From Alphaproteobacteria bacterium (GTDB taxonomy: Bacteria > Pseudomonadota > Alphaproteobacteria > MPNO01): 64,000 nt of DNA. The notes beneath the pieces were generated by a model, which was not told the DNA's origin, searched no databases, and saw only the letters and a list, made by a program, of their open reading frames with translations. The position numbers and the translations under genes were made by a program. The stretch is taken from NCBI GenBank assembly GCA_965248835.1, contig CBDFLJ010000002.1:512001-576000 (forward strand), given 5' to 3'. Of this stretch, positions 32,425 to 41,670 are shown in pieces (positions within the stretch are counted from its first letter, which is position 1; each line of letters begins with the position of its first letter).

Positions 32425-33373
32425 CTTCGGGATCTCGATCGACGGATTCACCCCGGCAAGTGCTGTCGCGGCCCAGGCTCAGGCGGCCGAAGCCGGCGGC
32501 GCCAGGCGGCTGTGGCTGGCGAGCCACCTCTTCCTGCGTGATCCGGTGACGCTCGCGGCCGCCGCGCTGGCGGCGACCGAACGGCTGGAGATCGCGCTGA
32601 TGGCGATGAGCCCCTACGCGCTTCACCCCGTCCATGCCGCGATGGCCGCTGCGACGCTGGATGAGCTTCATCCCGGCCGCGTGGTGCTGTCGCTGGGTGT
32701 CGGCGCGCCGGGTGATCTGGCCGCGGCCGGGATCGCGACGCCGCACCCTGCCCGGACCTTGAGCGAGGCGATCGCGGTCTGTCGCACCCTATTCGCCGGC
32801 GAGGCGGTCGCCCATGACGGCGCAGTCTTCCGGCTCAGCGGCCGGGGGCTTGCGAGCGGCGCGCACGCGGTCCCGATCATCCTCGCCGCCACCGGGCCGA
32901 GGATGCTGGCGCTCGCCGGCAGCCGGGCCGACGGCGTGCTGATCTCCGGCGCGGTCTCGGTCCCCCATATGCGCCGATGCCTGGCGCGGGTGAACGCCGA
33001 AGCGGCCGGCCGCGACCTGATCAATTGCGGGCTGGTCTACGCGCTGCCCGGCCCGCCGAGCGCTGCGCTCAAGCGCACGCTCGGGTTCATCCTGCGCGGC
33101 GCCCACCATGCTCCCAACCTCGCCGCCGCCGGGGTCGCGCTCGATCAGGACGCGCTGCGGAATGCCTACGCGGCCGAGGACTGGCAGGAGGTCGACCGCC
33201 TGATCTCGCCGGAGGTGGTCGCGGGCCACGCCGCCTGCGGAGCGGAGGACGCGGTGCGCGCGCGTCTGGACGCCTACCGCGCCGCCGGCCTAGACCATAT
33301 CGTGCTCGCCGGGCTCGGTACGCCCGAGGAGATCGCCCGGACGCTTGCCGTTGCGGCCTCCGGCCCGCCGTGA
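32417..33373 (+). CDS. LLM-class oxidoreductase (Mer-like, possibly F420-dependent)
   Basis: RDPV..A..T.RLEI, HPV..A..ATLDE..GR..LGVG, AATGPRML.LAG..ADG; overlaps the upstream gene. Confidence 0.8.
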   Translation: MSDFGISIDGFTPASAVAAQAQAAEAGGARRLWLASHLFLRDPVTLAAAALAATERLEIALMAMSPYALHPVHAAMAAATLDELHPGRVVLSLGVGAPGDLAAAGIATPHPARTLSEAIAVCRTLFAGEAVAHDGAVFRLSGRGLASGAHAVPIILAATGPRMLALAGSRADGVLISGAVSVPHMRRCLARVNAEAAGRDLINCGLVYALPGPPSAALKRTLGFILRGAHHAPNLAAAGVALDQDALRNAYAAEDWQEVDRLISPEVVAGHAACGAEDAVRARLDAYRAAGLDHIVLAGLGTPEEIARTLAVAASGPP

Positions 33374-33427
33374 CAGCTTTCGCGGCGGGCGGCATAATCC
33401 GGCGCCGGTTCATACGGGAGGGTGGCG

Positions 33428-34654
33428 ATGAACGACGCGCTCGACACCGCGGCGCGAACCAGCGATCCGCCGGCGCCGTCGGACATCGGGCAATGGCTCG
33501 CCCGGGTTGCCGCCGTCGGCCCGACGATCGAGGCGGCGGCGCCCGATGCCGACCGCGCTCGGCGGCTGACCACCGGCGCGATGGAAGCGATCCACAGCCA
33601 GGCGCTGCTGCGGCTCCTGCTGCCGCGCGACGTCGGCGGGATCGAGATGCCGCTGCCGCAGTTCTTCGCCGTCATCGAGGCCGTCGCGGGCTATGACGGC
33701 AGCGCCGCCTGGTGCATTTGCCAGGGCAATGCGTGCGCGATGCTGGCGGCCTATCTCGAACCGCCGTTCGCACGATCGATCTGGGCCGACGACCCCGGTG
33801 CCGTCCTCGCCTGGGGTCCGGGCAAGGCCGAGGCGCGCGCGGTCGACGGCGGCTACAGCATCACCGCCGACACCGGCTTCGCCAGCGGCAGCCACCACGC
33901 CAGTTGGCTCGCCGCGCACTGCACGGTGGTCGAGGCCGACGGCACGCCGCGACGCGACGAACAGGGCGTCCAGGAGAACCGGACGGCGCTGATCCCGGCC
34001 GACCAGGTCAGCCTGGGCGATCGCTGGGATGCGATCGGGCTCCGGGGCACCGGCAGCGACGGCTTCGTGGTCGAGGACCTGTTCGTGCCCGAGGACCACA
34101 CGATCGTGCGCGCCAACATGATCGAGGAGCGCCCGGTGCGCTCGCGCCTGCACGGCCTGCCGCTGATGAGCGTCTATGCCAGCGGGTTCGCCGCGGTGGC
34201 GCTGGGCATCGGCCGGGCTTTCCTCGATGCGTTCCTCGTGCTGGCGCAGGACAAGAAGCCGCGCGGCGTATCAGTGCCGCTGGCCGACAACCCGGTGGTC
34301 CAGGACGAGGTCGCCCGCGGCGAGGCGAGACTGTCGGCGGCCCGCGCTTTCCTGATCGAGGAGGTCGAGCGCGGCTGGCGCGAGATCGAGGCGACAGGCG
34401 GGATGTCGGTCCACCAGCGCATGCGGATCCGCCTGGCCGGCACGCATGCGATCCACGAGGCCAAGGCGGCCGTGGATACGCTTTACGACACCGCCGGCAC
34501 CAGCGCGGTGTTCGCCACAAGCCCGTTCGAGCGCCGGTTTCGCGACATCCATACCGTGGCGTTGCAGGTGCAGGGCCGCAAGCGGCATTTCCAGACTTAT
34601 GGCGGCTGGGCGATGGGCCAGGAGATCAACGCCACCAACATGTCGGTGATCTGA
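33428..34654 (+). CDS. Acyl-CoA dehydrogenase-fold flavin-dependent monooxygenase (HsaA/C2-like)
   Basis: GSAAW, FASGS, WDAIGLRGTGS, ERRFRDIH. Confidence 0.88.
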   Translation: MNDALDTAARTSDPPAPSDIGQWLARVAAVGPTIEAAAPDADRARRLTTGAMEAIHSQALLRLLLPRDVGGIEMPLPQFFAVIEAVAGYDGSAAWCICQGNACAMLAAYLEPPFARSIWADDPGAVLAWGPGKAEARAVDGGYSITADTGFASGSHHASWLAAHCTVVEADGTPRRDEQGVQENRTALIPADQVSLGDRWDAIGLRGTGSDGFVVEDLFVPEDHTIVRANMIEERPVRSRLHGLPLMSVYASGFAAVALGIGRAFLDAFLVLAQDKKPRGVSVPLADNPVVQDEVARGEARLSAARAFLIEEVERGWREIEATGGMSVHQRMRIRLAGTHAIHEAKAAVDTLYDTAGTSAVFATSPFERRFRDIHTVALQVQGRKRHFQTYGGWAMGQEINATNMSVI

Positions 34655-34779
34655 GACCCGCCGCATCGGCAAAAGGCGGATCGAAGGCCGCAGCCCGGCA
34701 GCGCGGCGCCGTTCATCGTCCGGGGCGGGCGGCTACTCTGCAGCTTGCCGGACGCGTGGGCATCCTCTATCAGGGGGTC

Positions 34780-36141
34780 ATGAATCAGCCACGCCAACTG
34801 CGCCTGGGCGCCTTCATGCGGCCGGTGACCATCCATACCGGCTCGTGGCGCTATCCGGGCGCCCATCCGGATGCGAACTTCAACTTCGGCCACATCAAAC
34901 ACTTTGCCCGAACGCTGGAGCGAGGGCGCTTCGATGCGTTCTTCATGGCCGACCACCTGTCGGTGCTCAACATGCCGATGGAGGCGCTCAAGCGCAGCTC
35001 GACGACGACCTCCTTCGAGCCGATGACGCTGCTGCCGGCGCTGGCGATGGTCACCGACCATCTGGGGCTGGTCGCGACCGGCTCCACGACCTACGAGGAG
35101 CCCTATCACGTCGCCCGCCGTTTCGCCTCGCTCGACCATATCAGCGGCGGCCGGGCGGGCTGGAACGTGGTGACGACATCCAACCCCGACGCCTCGCGCA
35201 ATTTCGGCATGGAGGAGCACCTCGAGCATGCCGAGCGTTACCAGCGCGCGCGGGAGTTCTACGACGTCGTCACCGGCCTGTGGGATAGCTGGGCCGATGA
35301 CGCCTTCGTCCGCGATGTCGAGTCCGGCACCTTCTTCGATCCCGAGAAGCTCCATGTGCTGGACCACAAGGGGACGTATTTCTCGGTCCGCGGCCCGCTC
35401 AACATCGCCCGGCCGATCCAGGGCCACCCGGTGATCGTCCAGGCGGGATCCTCAGACGCCGGCCGCCAGCTCGCCGCCGAGACCGCCGAGGCGGTGTTCA
35501 CCTCGCACGGCACGCTCGAGGCCGCTCAGGCGTTCTATGCCGACGTCAAGGGGCGCGCCGCCAGGGTCGGGCGCAATCCGGATCACATCAAGATCCTGCC
35601 GGCGATGTTCGTGGTGATCGCCGACTCCGAGGCCGAGGCGCGCGAGAAACGCATGCATCTGGACAGCCTGGTCCATTACGACAGCGCCATCGCCTCGCTG
35701 TCGATCTCGCTCGGCCACGATGCGTCCGGCTTCGATCCGGACGGCCCGTTGCCGGAGATCCCCGAGAGCAACGCATCGAAGTCCGGGCGCGAGCGGGCGA
35801 TTGCGCTGGCGAAGCACGAGAATCTCACCGTCCGCCAGCTCGCCCAGCGTATGGGCGGCTATTCCGGTCACGCGATGATGGGCACGCCCGAGATGATCGC
35901 CGATGAGATGGAGGCCTGGCTGCACGCAAGGGGCAGCGACGGCTTCACGGTGATGTTTTCCTACCTGCCCGAGGGGCTGGAGGACTTCGTCGACCGGGTC
36001 GTGCCCGAATTACAGCGCCGCGGGCTGTTCCGCACCGAATACGAAGGCAAGACGCTGCGCGAGAACCTTGGCCTGCCGCGCCCGGAAAACCGGTTCTTCG
36101 CGGCGCCCGAGCGCATCAGCCGGGCTCGGCAGGCAGGATAA
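34780..36141 (+). CDS. NtaA/SnaA/DszA family LLM monooxygenase
   Basis: FDAFFMAD, FASLDHISGGRAGWNVVT, QAGSS, VPELQRRG..EYEGKTLRENLGL. Confidence 0.93.
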   Translation: MNQPRQLRLGAFMRPVTIHTGSWRYPGAHPDANFNFGHIKHFARTLERGRFDAFFMADHLSVLNMPMEALKRSSTTTSFEPMTLLPALAMVTDHLGLVATGSTTYEEPYHVARRFASLDHISGGRAGWNVVTTSNPDASRNFGMEEHLEHAERYQRAREFYDVVTGLWDSWADDAFVRDVESGTFFDPEKLHVLDHKGTYFSVRGPLNIARPIQGHPVIVQAGSSDAGRQLAAETAEAVFTSHGTLEAAQAFYADVKGRAARVGRNPDHIKILPAMFVVIADSEAEAREKRMHLDSLVHYDSAIASLSISLGHDASGFDPDGPLPEIPESNASKSGRERAIALAKHENLTVRQLAQRMGGYSGHAMMGTPEMIADEMEAWLHARGSDGFTVMFSYLPEGLEDFVDRVVPELQRRGLFRTEYEGKTLRENLGLPRPENRFFAAPERISRARQAG

Positions 36142-36181
36142 CGCCTCGGCCGCGGACTATTGCCGGGCCGGCGCGGCGCCC

Positions 36182-36547
36182 TCAGGGATCGCGGCTCAGA
36201 CCGGCCGCTTCGACGGCGGCGAGATAGGCCTGCCACAGCCGGTCCCGGTTCTCGCCCAGCTCGTAGAGATACTGCCAGGAATAGATGCCGGTGTCGTGCA
36301 GGTCATCGAAGATGATCCGGACCGCGTAGTTGCCGATCGGCTCCAGGTCCATGATCCCGACATGGCGCCGGCCGACGATCAGCTTCTTCTCGCCGGGGCC
36401 GTGGCCCTTGACCTCGGCGGACGGGCTCTCGACCCGGAGCAGCTCGGCCGGCAGCGAGGCCTGACTGCCGTCGTCGAAATCGATCTCCAGCCGCTTTTCC
36501 GCCTTCTTCAGGCGCAGTTCGACCGGCCAGCGCCCGGGTCCGCTCAC
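36182..36547 (-). CDS. DUF971 / gamma-butyrobetaine hydroxylase N-terminal-like protein
   Basis: [29 protein letters not shown]. Confidence 0.9.
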   Translation of the reverse strand: MSGPGRWPVELRLKKAEKRLEIDFDDGSQASLPAELLRVESPSAEVKGHGPGEKKLIVGRRHVGIMDLEPIGNYAVRIIFDDLHDTGIYSWQYLYELGENRDRLWQAYLAAVEAAGLSRDP

Positions 36548-36774
36548 CGGCCGGCATCCTCGTCGGTTCGGCGGGCCTCGTCGACCAGCATGATCGGGAT
36601 GCCGTCGCGGATCGGAAAGGCGAGGCCGGCCTGCGGGCTGACCAGCTCCTGGGCGGCCTCGTCGTAGCGCAGCGGCCCCTTGGTCAATGGGCAGACCAGG
36701 ATCTCCAGCAGCTTGGGGTCGAGCCGGCGCCCGCGCGCGGGCGGCGGATCATCGGTGGGCTCTTGGTCGGACAT
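36544..36774 (-). CDS. Trm112 family protein
   Basis: [26 protein letters not shown]. Confidence 0.92.
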   Translation of the reverse strand: MSDQEPTDDPPPARGRRLDPKLLEILVCPLTKGPLRYDEAAQELVSPQAGLAFPIRDGIPIMLVDEARRTDEDAGR

Positions 36775-36785
36775 GCCGGACGGTC

Positions 36786-37451
36786 CTACTGCTTGACCCT
36801 GCCTTCATCGTTGCCGCGTTCGAGCAGCGCCATCTCCAGCAGCGTCACCATCACCTGGGCCCGGTCATCGAGCGTCGCGGCCTCGAGCAGCGCCTGCTTC
36901 TCGCTCGGCCGGAACGGACACATCATCGCCAACGAGGTGACCAGACGCGAATCCTCGGTGCCCTCGATTGCGTCCCAGTTCGCCTCCACGCCCTGATGGG
37001 TGAGGTAGGCCCGCAAGGCGCGCAGCAGCCGGTCGCGATCGATCGAAAGCGGCCTGGAGGTCTCGGCCAGGTCGTCGTGAAACTCCGCGTAGCTCGCGCG
37101 GATCCGCCGGTAGCCGCTGCGCAGCGGCAGTTCGTCGATCACCCGGAACCGCGCGATGCCCTTGAGCGTGATCAGATAGCGGCCGTCCTCGGTCTCGCCG
37201 AAAGAGATCATCCGGCCGGCGCAGCCGGTGGCGAACACCTCGGGATGATCGCCGGTGGTGCCGTCCTGCGGCTGGATCATGCCGATCAGGCGGTGCGGTG
37301 CGGCGAGCGCGGCGGCGGTCATGTTGAGATAGCGCGGCTCGAAGATGTTCAGCGGCAGCCGTCCGCCGGGCAGCAGCAGCGCGCCGGCCAGCGGGAAGAT
37401 CGGAATGACGTCCGGCAAGTCCTCGAATGCCGGATCGAAGGGGCTCGCCAT
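36786..37451 (-). CDS. Lon substrate-binding (N-domain) protein
   Basis: [25 protein letters not shown]. Confidence 0.9.
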   Translation of the reverse strand: MASPFDPAFEDLPDVIPIFPLAGALLLPGGRLPLNIFEPRYLNMTAAALAAPHRLIGMIQPQDGTTGDHPEVFATGCAGRMISFGETEDGRYLITLKGIARFRVIDELPLRSGYRRIRASYAEFHDDLAETSRPLSIDRDRLLRALRAYLTHQGVEANWDAIEGTEDSRLVTSLAMMCPFRPSEKQALLEAATLDDRAQVMVTLLEMALLERGNDEGRVKQ

Positions 37452-38371
37452 CAGGAGAACAGGACCGCGGAGAACTTGCGCCGCCCCTCGACGGTTATCG
37501 GATCCGTCGGACCCAGCGCCTCGAAGAACTGGAGAAGCTGCTTGCGGGCGGCCTGATCGTTCCATTCGCGGTTGCGCCGGACGATCTCGACCAGGGCATC
37601 GATCGCCTCGTCCTTGCGGTCGTCGGCATAGAGCGCCAGCGCGAGGTCGAAGCGCGCCTGGTAGTCCTCCGCGTTCGCCGCCACGCGCTGCTCGAGCTCG
37701 GCGTGATCGCCGGCCTGAGCGGACTTTCCGGCCAGCTCGAAGGCCGAGATCGCGGCTGCCAGGGCGCTGTCGCCGCGCTCGGCCTCGGGGATGGTCTGGA
37801 TGAACTCGGCGGCCTTGTCGAGGTCGCCCAGCCCGACCAGGGCACGGACGAAGCCCGCCTTGGCGGCGACGTTGTCCGGCGCGTGCTCGATGACCTGGGC
37901 GAAGATCGACGCGGCGGCGCCGAAGTCGCCGGCTTCGAGCCGTTCGCCGGCCTGGGCGATCGCCTCCTCGACCGGCGAATCGACCTTGGTGCCGGCGGTG
38001 TCGACCAGCTTGTCGACGAAAGCCTTGACCTGGCTTTCGGGCAAGGCGCCGGCGAACCCGTCGACAGGCCGACCGCCGTGGAAGGCGAACACGGCGGGAA
38101 TCGACTGGATGCGGAGCTGCTGGGCGATCTCCGGGTTCTGGTCGATGTCGAGCTTGACCATCTTGACCGCGCCGGCGGCCGCGTTGACGACCTTCTCCAG
38201 GATCGGGCCGAGCTGCTTGCATGGGCCGCACCAGGGCGCCCAGAAGTCGACGATCACGGGAACATCCATCGAGGCTTCGATGACATCGGCCATGAAGTTC
38301 TCGGTGGTCGTATCCTTGATCAGGCCGGCCGGCACGCTCCCGTTACCGGGCTGTCCTAGTATCGGCTCCAT
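37451..38371 (-). CDS. cnoX: Thioredoxin-TPR chaperedoxin (YbbN/CnoX)
   Basis: WAPWCGPC plus TPR region; start at MEPILG. Confidence 0.88.
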   Translation of the reverse strand: MEPILGQPGNGSVPAGLIKDTTTENFMADVIEASMDVPVIVDFWAPWCGPCKQLGPILEKVVNAAAGAVKMVKLDIDQNPEIAQQLRIQSIPAVFAFHGGRPVDGFAGALPESQVKAFVDKLVDTAGTKVDSPVEEAIAQAGERLEAGDFGAAASIFAQVIEHAPDNVAAKAGFVRALVGLGDLDKAAEFIQTIPEAERGDSALAAAISAFELAGKSAQAGDHAELEQRVAANAEDYQARFDLALALYADDRKDEAIDALVEIVRRNREWNDQAARKQLLQFFEALGPTDPITVEGRRKFSAVLFS

Positions 38372-38459
38372 TGTCTGGCCCCGTGAATCGCACTCGGCCG
38401 AACCGGCCCGCCACAGACCGACAAAATGGTCGAGGAACCGGCAAGAGGCAAGCCCGACG

Positions 38460-39002
38460 CTACCCCTCCAGCGTGGCCGGATCGAGGTCGACGACGGCCG
38501 GCGCGTGGCCGGTCGCCTCGGCAAACCGCAGCAGGTCGGCGGGCGCGATCGCGGTGGTCGCATCGTTGGAAAGCGGGTGGAAGTTCGCCAGATCGGCGTC
38601 CATCATCGCAGCATCGATCACCAGCCGGACCGCGCCCGCGCTGTCGTTGATCACTGCGAACGGGGTGACCGCGCCCGGCACCACGCCGAGATGCTCCGCC
38701 AGCCGCTCGGCGCTGCCGAAGGACAGCCGCGCCGCGCCGATCAGCGGCGCCAGCGCCTTGAGGTCGAGCCTGCGGTCCTCGATCGCGACGACCAGCCACA
38801 GCGCGCCCTTTTTGTCCTTCAAGAACAGAGACTTGAAATGCGCCCCGGGCAGCGCGCCGCGCACATCGCGGCTTTCCTGGACGGTAAACACCGGGCGATG
38901 CCGGTGGGTCTCGGTCGCGATCCCCAGCGTCTCCAGCATCTCGAACAGCGCGCGCCGCCGCCGCTCCAGATCCATGTCTCCGCGTCCGGTCGGCGCGCTC
39001 AT
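38460..39002 (-). CDS. Prolyl-tRNA editing protein (ProX/YbaK family)
   Basis: HRPVFTV, KSLFLKDKKG, GVVPGAVTPF, NFHPL. Confidence 0.9.
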   Translation of the reverse strand: MSAPTGRGDMDLERRRRALFEMLETLGIATETHRHRPVFTVQESRDVRGALPGAHFKSLFLKDKKGALWLVVAIEDRRLDLKALAPLIGAARLSFGSAERLAEHLGVVPGAVTPFAVINDSAGAVRLVIDAAMMDADLANFHPLSNDATTAIAPADLLRFAEATGHAPAVVDLDPATLEG

Positions 39003-39084
39003 GGCCGCACGATAGGGACCGGCGCGCGGCCCGGCAACTCGGCGCTTGAATTGGACGGCGCCGGGCCAATATACTCCGCCCCGC

Positions 39085-39159
39085 GCGGGTGTAGCTCAGG
39101 GGTAGAGCGCAACCTTGCCAAGGTTGAAGTCGTCGGTTCGAATCCGATCACCCGCTCCA
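39085..39159 (+). tRNA. tRNA-Gly (GCC)
   Basis: GCGGGTGTAGCTCAGGGGTAGAGCGCAACCTTGCCAAGGTTGAAGTCGTCGGTTCGAATCCGATCACCCGCTCCA; upstream TTGAAT-18-TATACT. Confidence 0.96.
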
Positions 39160-39193
39160 AAATCCCCAGAACGCGACCGATTCGTGCCGGCGT

Positions 39194-40525
39194 CTACGGC
39201 GTCACCGCGGCGATCCGGGCGGCGATCCGGGCGGCGAGCGCGCGGGCCTCGGCGGGCTCCGACAGGGCCCATCCGGCCGCGCTCAGCGATCGAATCTCGT
39301 CGTCTTCAAGACCAGCGGCTGCCAGGACGCGGGCGATCTTTTCGGCGAGCCCGGCATCGTCGAGCCGGTTGCCCGGGTCGCCCAACGCCTCGATGACGCG
39401 CCGCTCGCAGGATCGCCCGGCGGCCGTCACCGTGACCGCGGCGGGAAAGCGCGCGGGGAAGTGCGCCATCAGAGCGGGCGCGTCATCGGCGCCGACCGAG
39501 ACCCGTTCCATGAGGCCGATGATTTCCTCGTCGAACGGAAGGACGGACCGGGCGACGTCATAGGCCGCATCGGGGCGCAGCACCGCCAGGGCGATCTGGT
39601 AGGCGGCGCTGACCAGGGTGGAGGACCGGTCATCCGGTGTGGCCGTGCGCGCGATCATCCCGGCATAAGGCGGCGGCACCCGCACTTCGATGCGCTCGAT
39701 CGCCGATGGGTCGAGCCCGTCGGCGATCAACCCGCGCACCGCCTCGACCGCAGCGACGGCCTGTTTTGCCGAGCAGTACGGTTTGAGGCTGAGCGCGGCG
39801 TAGACGCAGGTCTCGCCCAGCCCGTCGGTGAGCCGGTCGGTGTCGGCCTCTATGCCGTGGGTCGCAAGCAGCCAATCCGGTCCGTCGAGCAGCCCGGCAT
39901 CGCCGCCGAACCCCGACGCCGCGGCCCGCGCGGCGGTCGCGCCGGCCTCGGCCGCCACGGCGATCAGCAGCCAGCGCGGGGCGCGCGGCGCGTCCCGGCG
40001 GCCGACCGCGCCGGCGGCAAGGTTCAGCGCGATGGCGAGTGCGTCCGCCATCCGCCCTTCATCGAGCCCGATCAGCCTGCCGATCGTGCCCGCCACGCCG
40101 ACCGGGGCGCAGAAACAGGTCGGCCAGATCCCGCGGTAGAGCAGCCGCGCCCCGTCGATCGCAGCACCCAGCCGGGTCATCAGCTCGGTCCCGACCCACA
40201 GCGCATCGGCCAGGCGGGCCGGATCGGCGGCCGGGTCCCGCTCGATTGCGGTCAGCGCCGCCGGCACGACCACCGACGACGGTGTCACGCAGGAGGCGCA
40301 ATGGATGTCGTCGACTTCGGTCAAACGGACCGCCGCCACCCGGTATCCGAGCGGCCGGTCGGGCAGAACGGCGCGCAGGGCGCGTGCGTCCTCGGTCGTA
40401 TGGCCGACGACGGCGGCCGCCAACGCGTCGACCACATGGCGCCGCTGGATTTCCGCCATTGCCGCGCCTTGCGAGCCCATCGTCGCGCTTGCGGCGAACC
40501 CGCCCAGGGCCGAAAGGACGCTCAT
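39194..40525 (-). CDS. MmgE/PrpD family protein
   Basis: EVDDIH..VVVPAAL, LKPYCS, S..YQIA.A, GDPGNRL; ATGA-coupled. Confidence 0.82.
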   Translation of the reverse strand: MSVLSALGGFAASATMGSQGAAMAEIQRRHVVDALAAAVVGHTTEDARALRAVLPDRPLGYRVAAVRLTEVDDIHCASCVTPSSVVVPAALTAIERDPAADPARLADALWVGTELMTRLGAAIDGARLLYRGIWPTCFCAPVGVAGTIGRLIGLDEGRMADALAIALNLAAGAVGRRDAPRAPRWLLIAVAAEAGATAARAAASGFGGDAGLLDGPDWLLATHGIEADTDRLTDGLGETCVYAALSLKPYCSAKQAVAAVEAVRGLIADGLDPSAIERIEVRVPPPYAGMIARTATPDDRSSTLVSAAYQIALAVLRPDAAYDVARSVLPFDEEIIGLMERVSVGADDAPALMAHFPARFPAAVTVTAAGRSCERRVIEALGDPGNRLDDAGLAEKIARVLAAAGLEDDEIRSLSAAGWALSEPAEARALAARIAARIAAVTP

Positions 40526-41670
40526 GACCGGCCCGAACGCCGCAGGATTTCCACCCGGTCCTCGCCGATGCACACCATCGCCGACAGGAGCGCGCACCCG
40601 CGCTCCGGATCCGCCGTCCCGACGCGCAGCGTGTATATGCCGCCGGGTTCGAGCACCGCCTCACCCTCGGGCTTCAGGTCGGGCGGCTCGGCCAGCGACA
40701 GACCGATGCGGTGGCCGAGGCAGCCGCCCAGCACAGGATGGGCCGGCCGGCCCTCGATCCGCGCCGCGGCGGCAAGCGCGCCGGCCCGGCTGCCCGGCCG
40801 CACCGCCCCCAGCAGCTTATCGAGCGCGGCCTGTGCGCCGGCGAGCGCATCCGACGGCCGATCGGCGAACGTCACGAAAGCATCCGCCCAATAGCCCGCA
40901 TATTTGACCGCGATATAGGCGAGCAACGGGTCCGGGCGCCCCTCCACCACGCCGAAGAAGGGCACAAGCGTTGCACCGCCGTCGGTGCTGAACAGAACCC
41001 GGACGTCGTGGGCGGCCTGCGCCCGGGCGCACCGTTCGGCCTCGATCGCGGCCTTCATGGCGTTCGCGCCGCCGCGCCAGGCCGATTCCATGGCCGCCGC
41101 GGCTTCATCGACGAGGCGGCAGGCCTCGCGGATCATCGCTACCTCGCGCGGCCGTCGCGCGTGCAGAACCGGCTCGAAGGCGGCGTCCGCCGGCGCCAGG
41201 GAGACCGTCCCGGCGAGGCTGTCGTTCAGCATGCCGACGAACGGCGCCCGCATCAGGTCCCGGCCGAGCAGGCCGACGGCGACAGCGGCGTGCGGCTGGC
41301 TTTCCAGGAACGCCGCGAGCCACGGATCGAACGTCTCCGGCCAGCTCCAGCCGGGGTGAACCTCGGCGATCCAGGTCATCAGGCGCATCGCCGGCATGTC
41401 GCGCGCGCCGATGGAGATCAACAGCCGCGGCTCGCCGTCGCGCGGCAGCATGGCGAACGCCCAGCGCATGCGCGGGATGAAGTTCGTCAGCCAGGCGAGG
41501 GCGCGGTGCTCGGTGGCGTCGCCGTAGACGAAAAGGGCGCGCCAGCCGTTGTCGTCCATCAGCGCGTTCGCCTGGCCCATGCGGATCTGGAACTCGTCGG
41601 CCGGCATCCGGTCGTGGTCGAGCCCATAGGCGCCGAGCAGGACGACAGGGTGCATCGTCGCCATGCTCAT
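40522..41670 (-). CDS. M24/creatinase-fold protein, degenerate metal site
   Basis: EFQIRM, WLTNF, REVAMIREA, GYWAD, GHRIG..EPP; ATGA-coupled. Confidence 0.75.
   Translation of the reverse strand: MSMATMHPVVLLGAYGLDHDRMPADEFQIRMGQANALMDDNGWRALFVYGDATEHRALAWLTNFIPRMRWAFAMLPRDGEPRLLISIGARDMPAMRLMTWIAEVHPGWSWPETFDPWLAAFLESQPHAAVAVGLLGRDLMRAPFVGMLNDSLAGTVSLAPADAAFEPVLHARRPREVAMIREACRLVDEAAAAMESAWRGGANAMKAAIEAERCARAQAAHDVRVLFSTDGGATLVPFFGVVEGRPDPLLAYIAVKYAGYWADAFVTFADRPSDALAGAQAALDKLLGAVRPGSRAGALAAAARIEGRPAHPVLGGCLGHRIGLSLAEPPDLKPEGEAVLEPGGIYTLRVGTADPERGCALLSAMVCIGEDRVEILRRSGRS

Noticed and set aside
36182-39002. DUF971-Trm112-LonN-CnoX-ProX cluster as a novel system
   Set aside because: A commonly conserved alphaproteobacterial housekeeping arrangement.
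39207-39237. 12-bp tandem repeat just downstream of tRNA-Gly, as an att scar
   Set aside because: It encodes ARIAARIAA at the PrpD C-terminus and does not match the tRNA 3' end.
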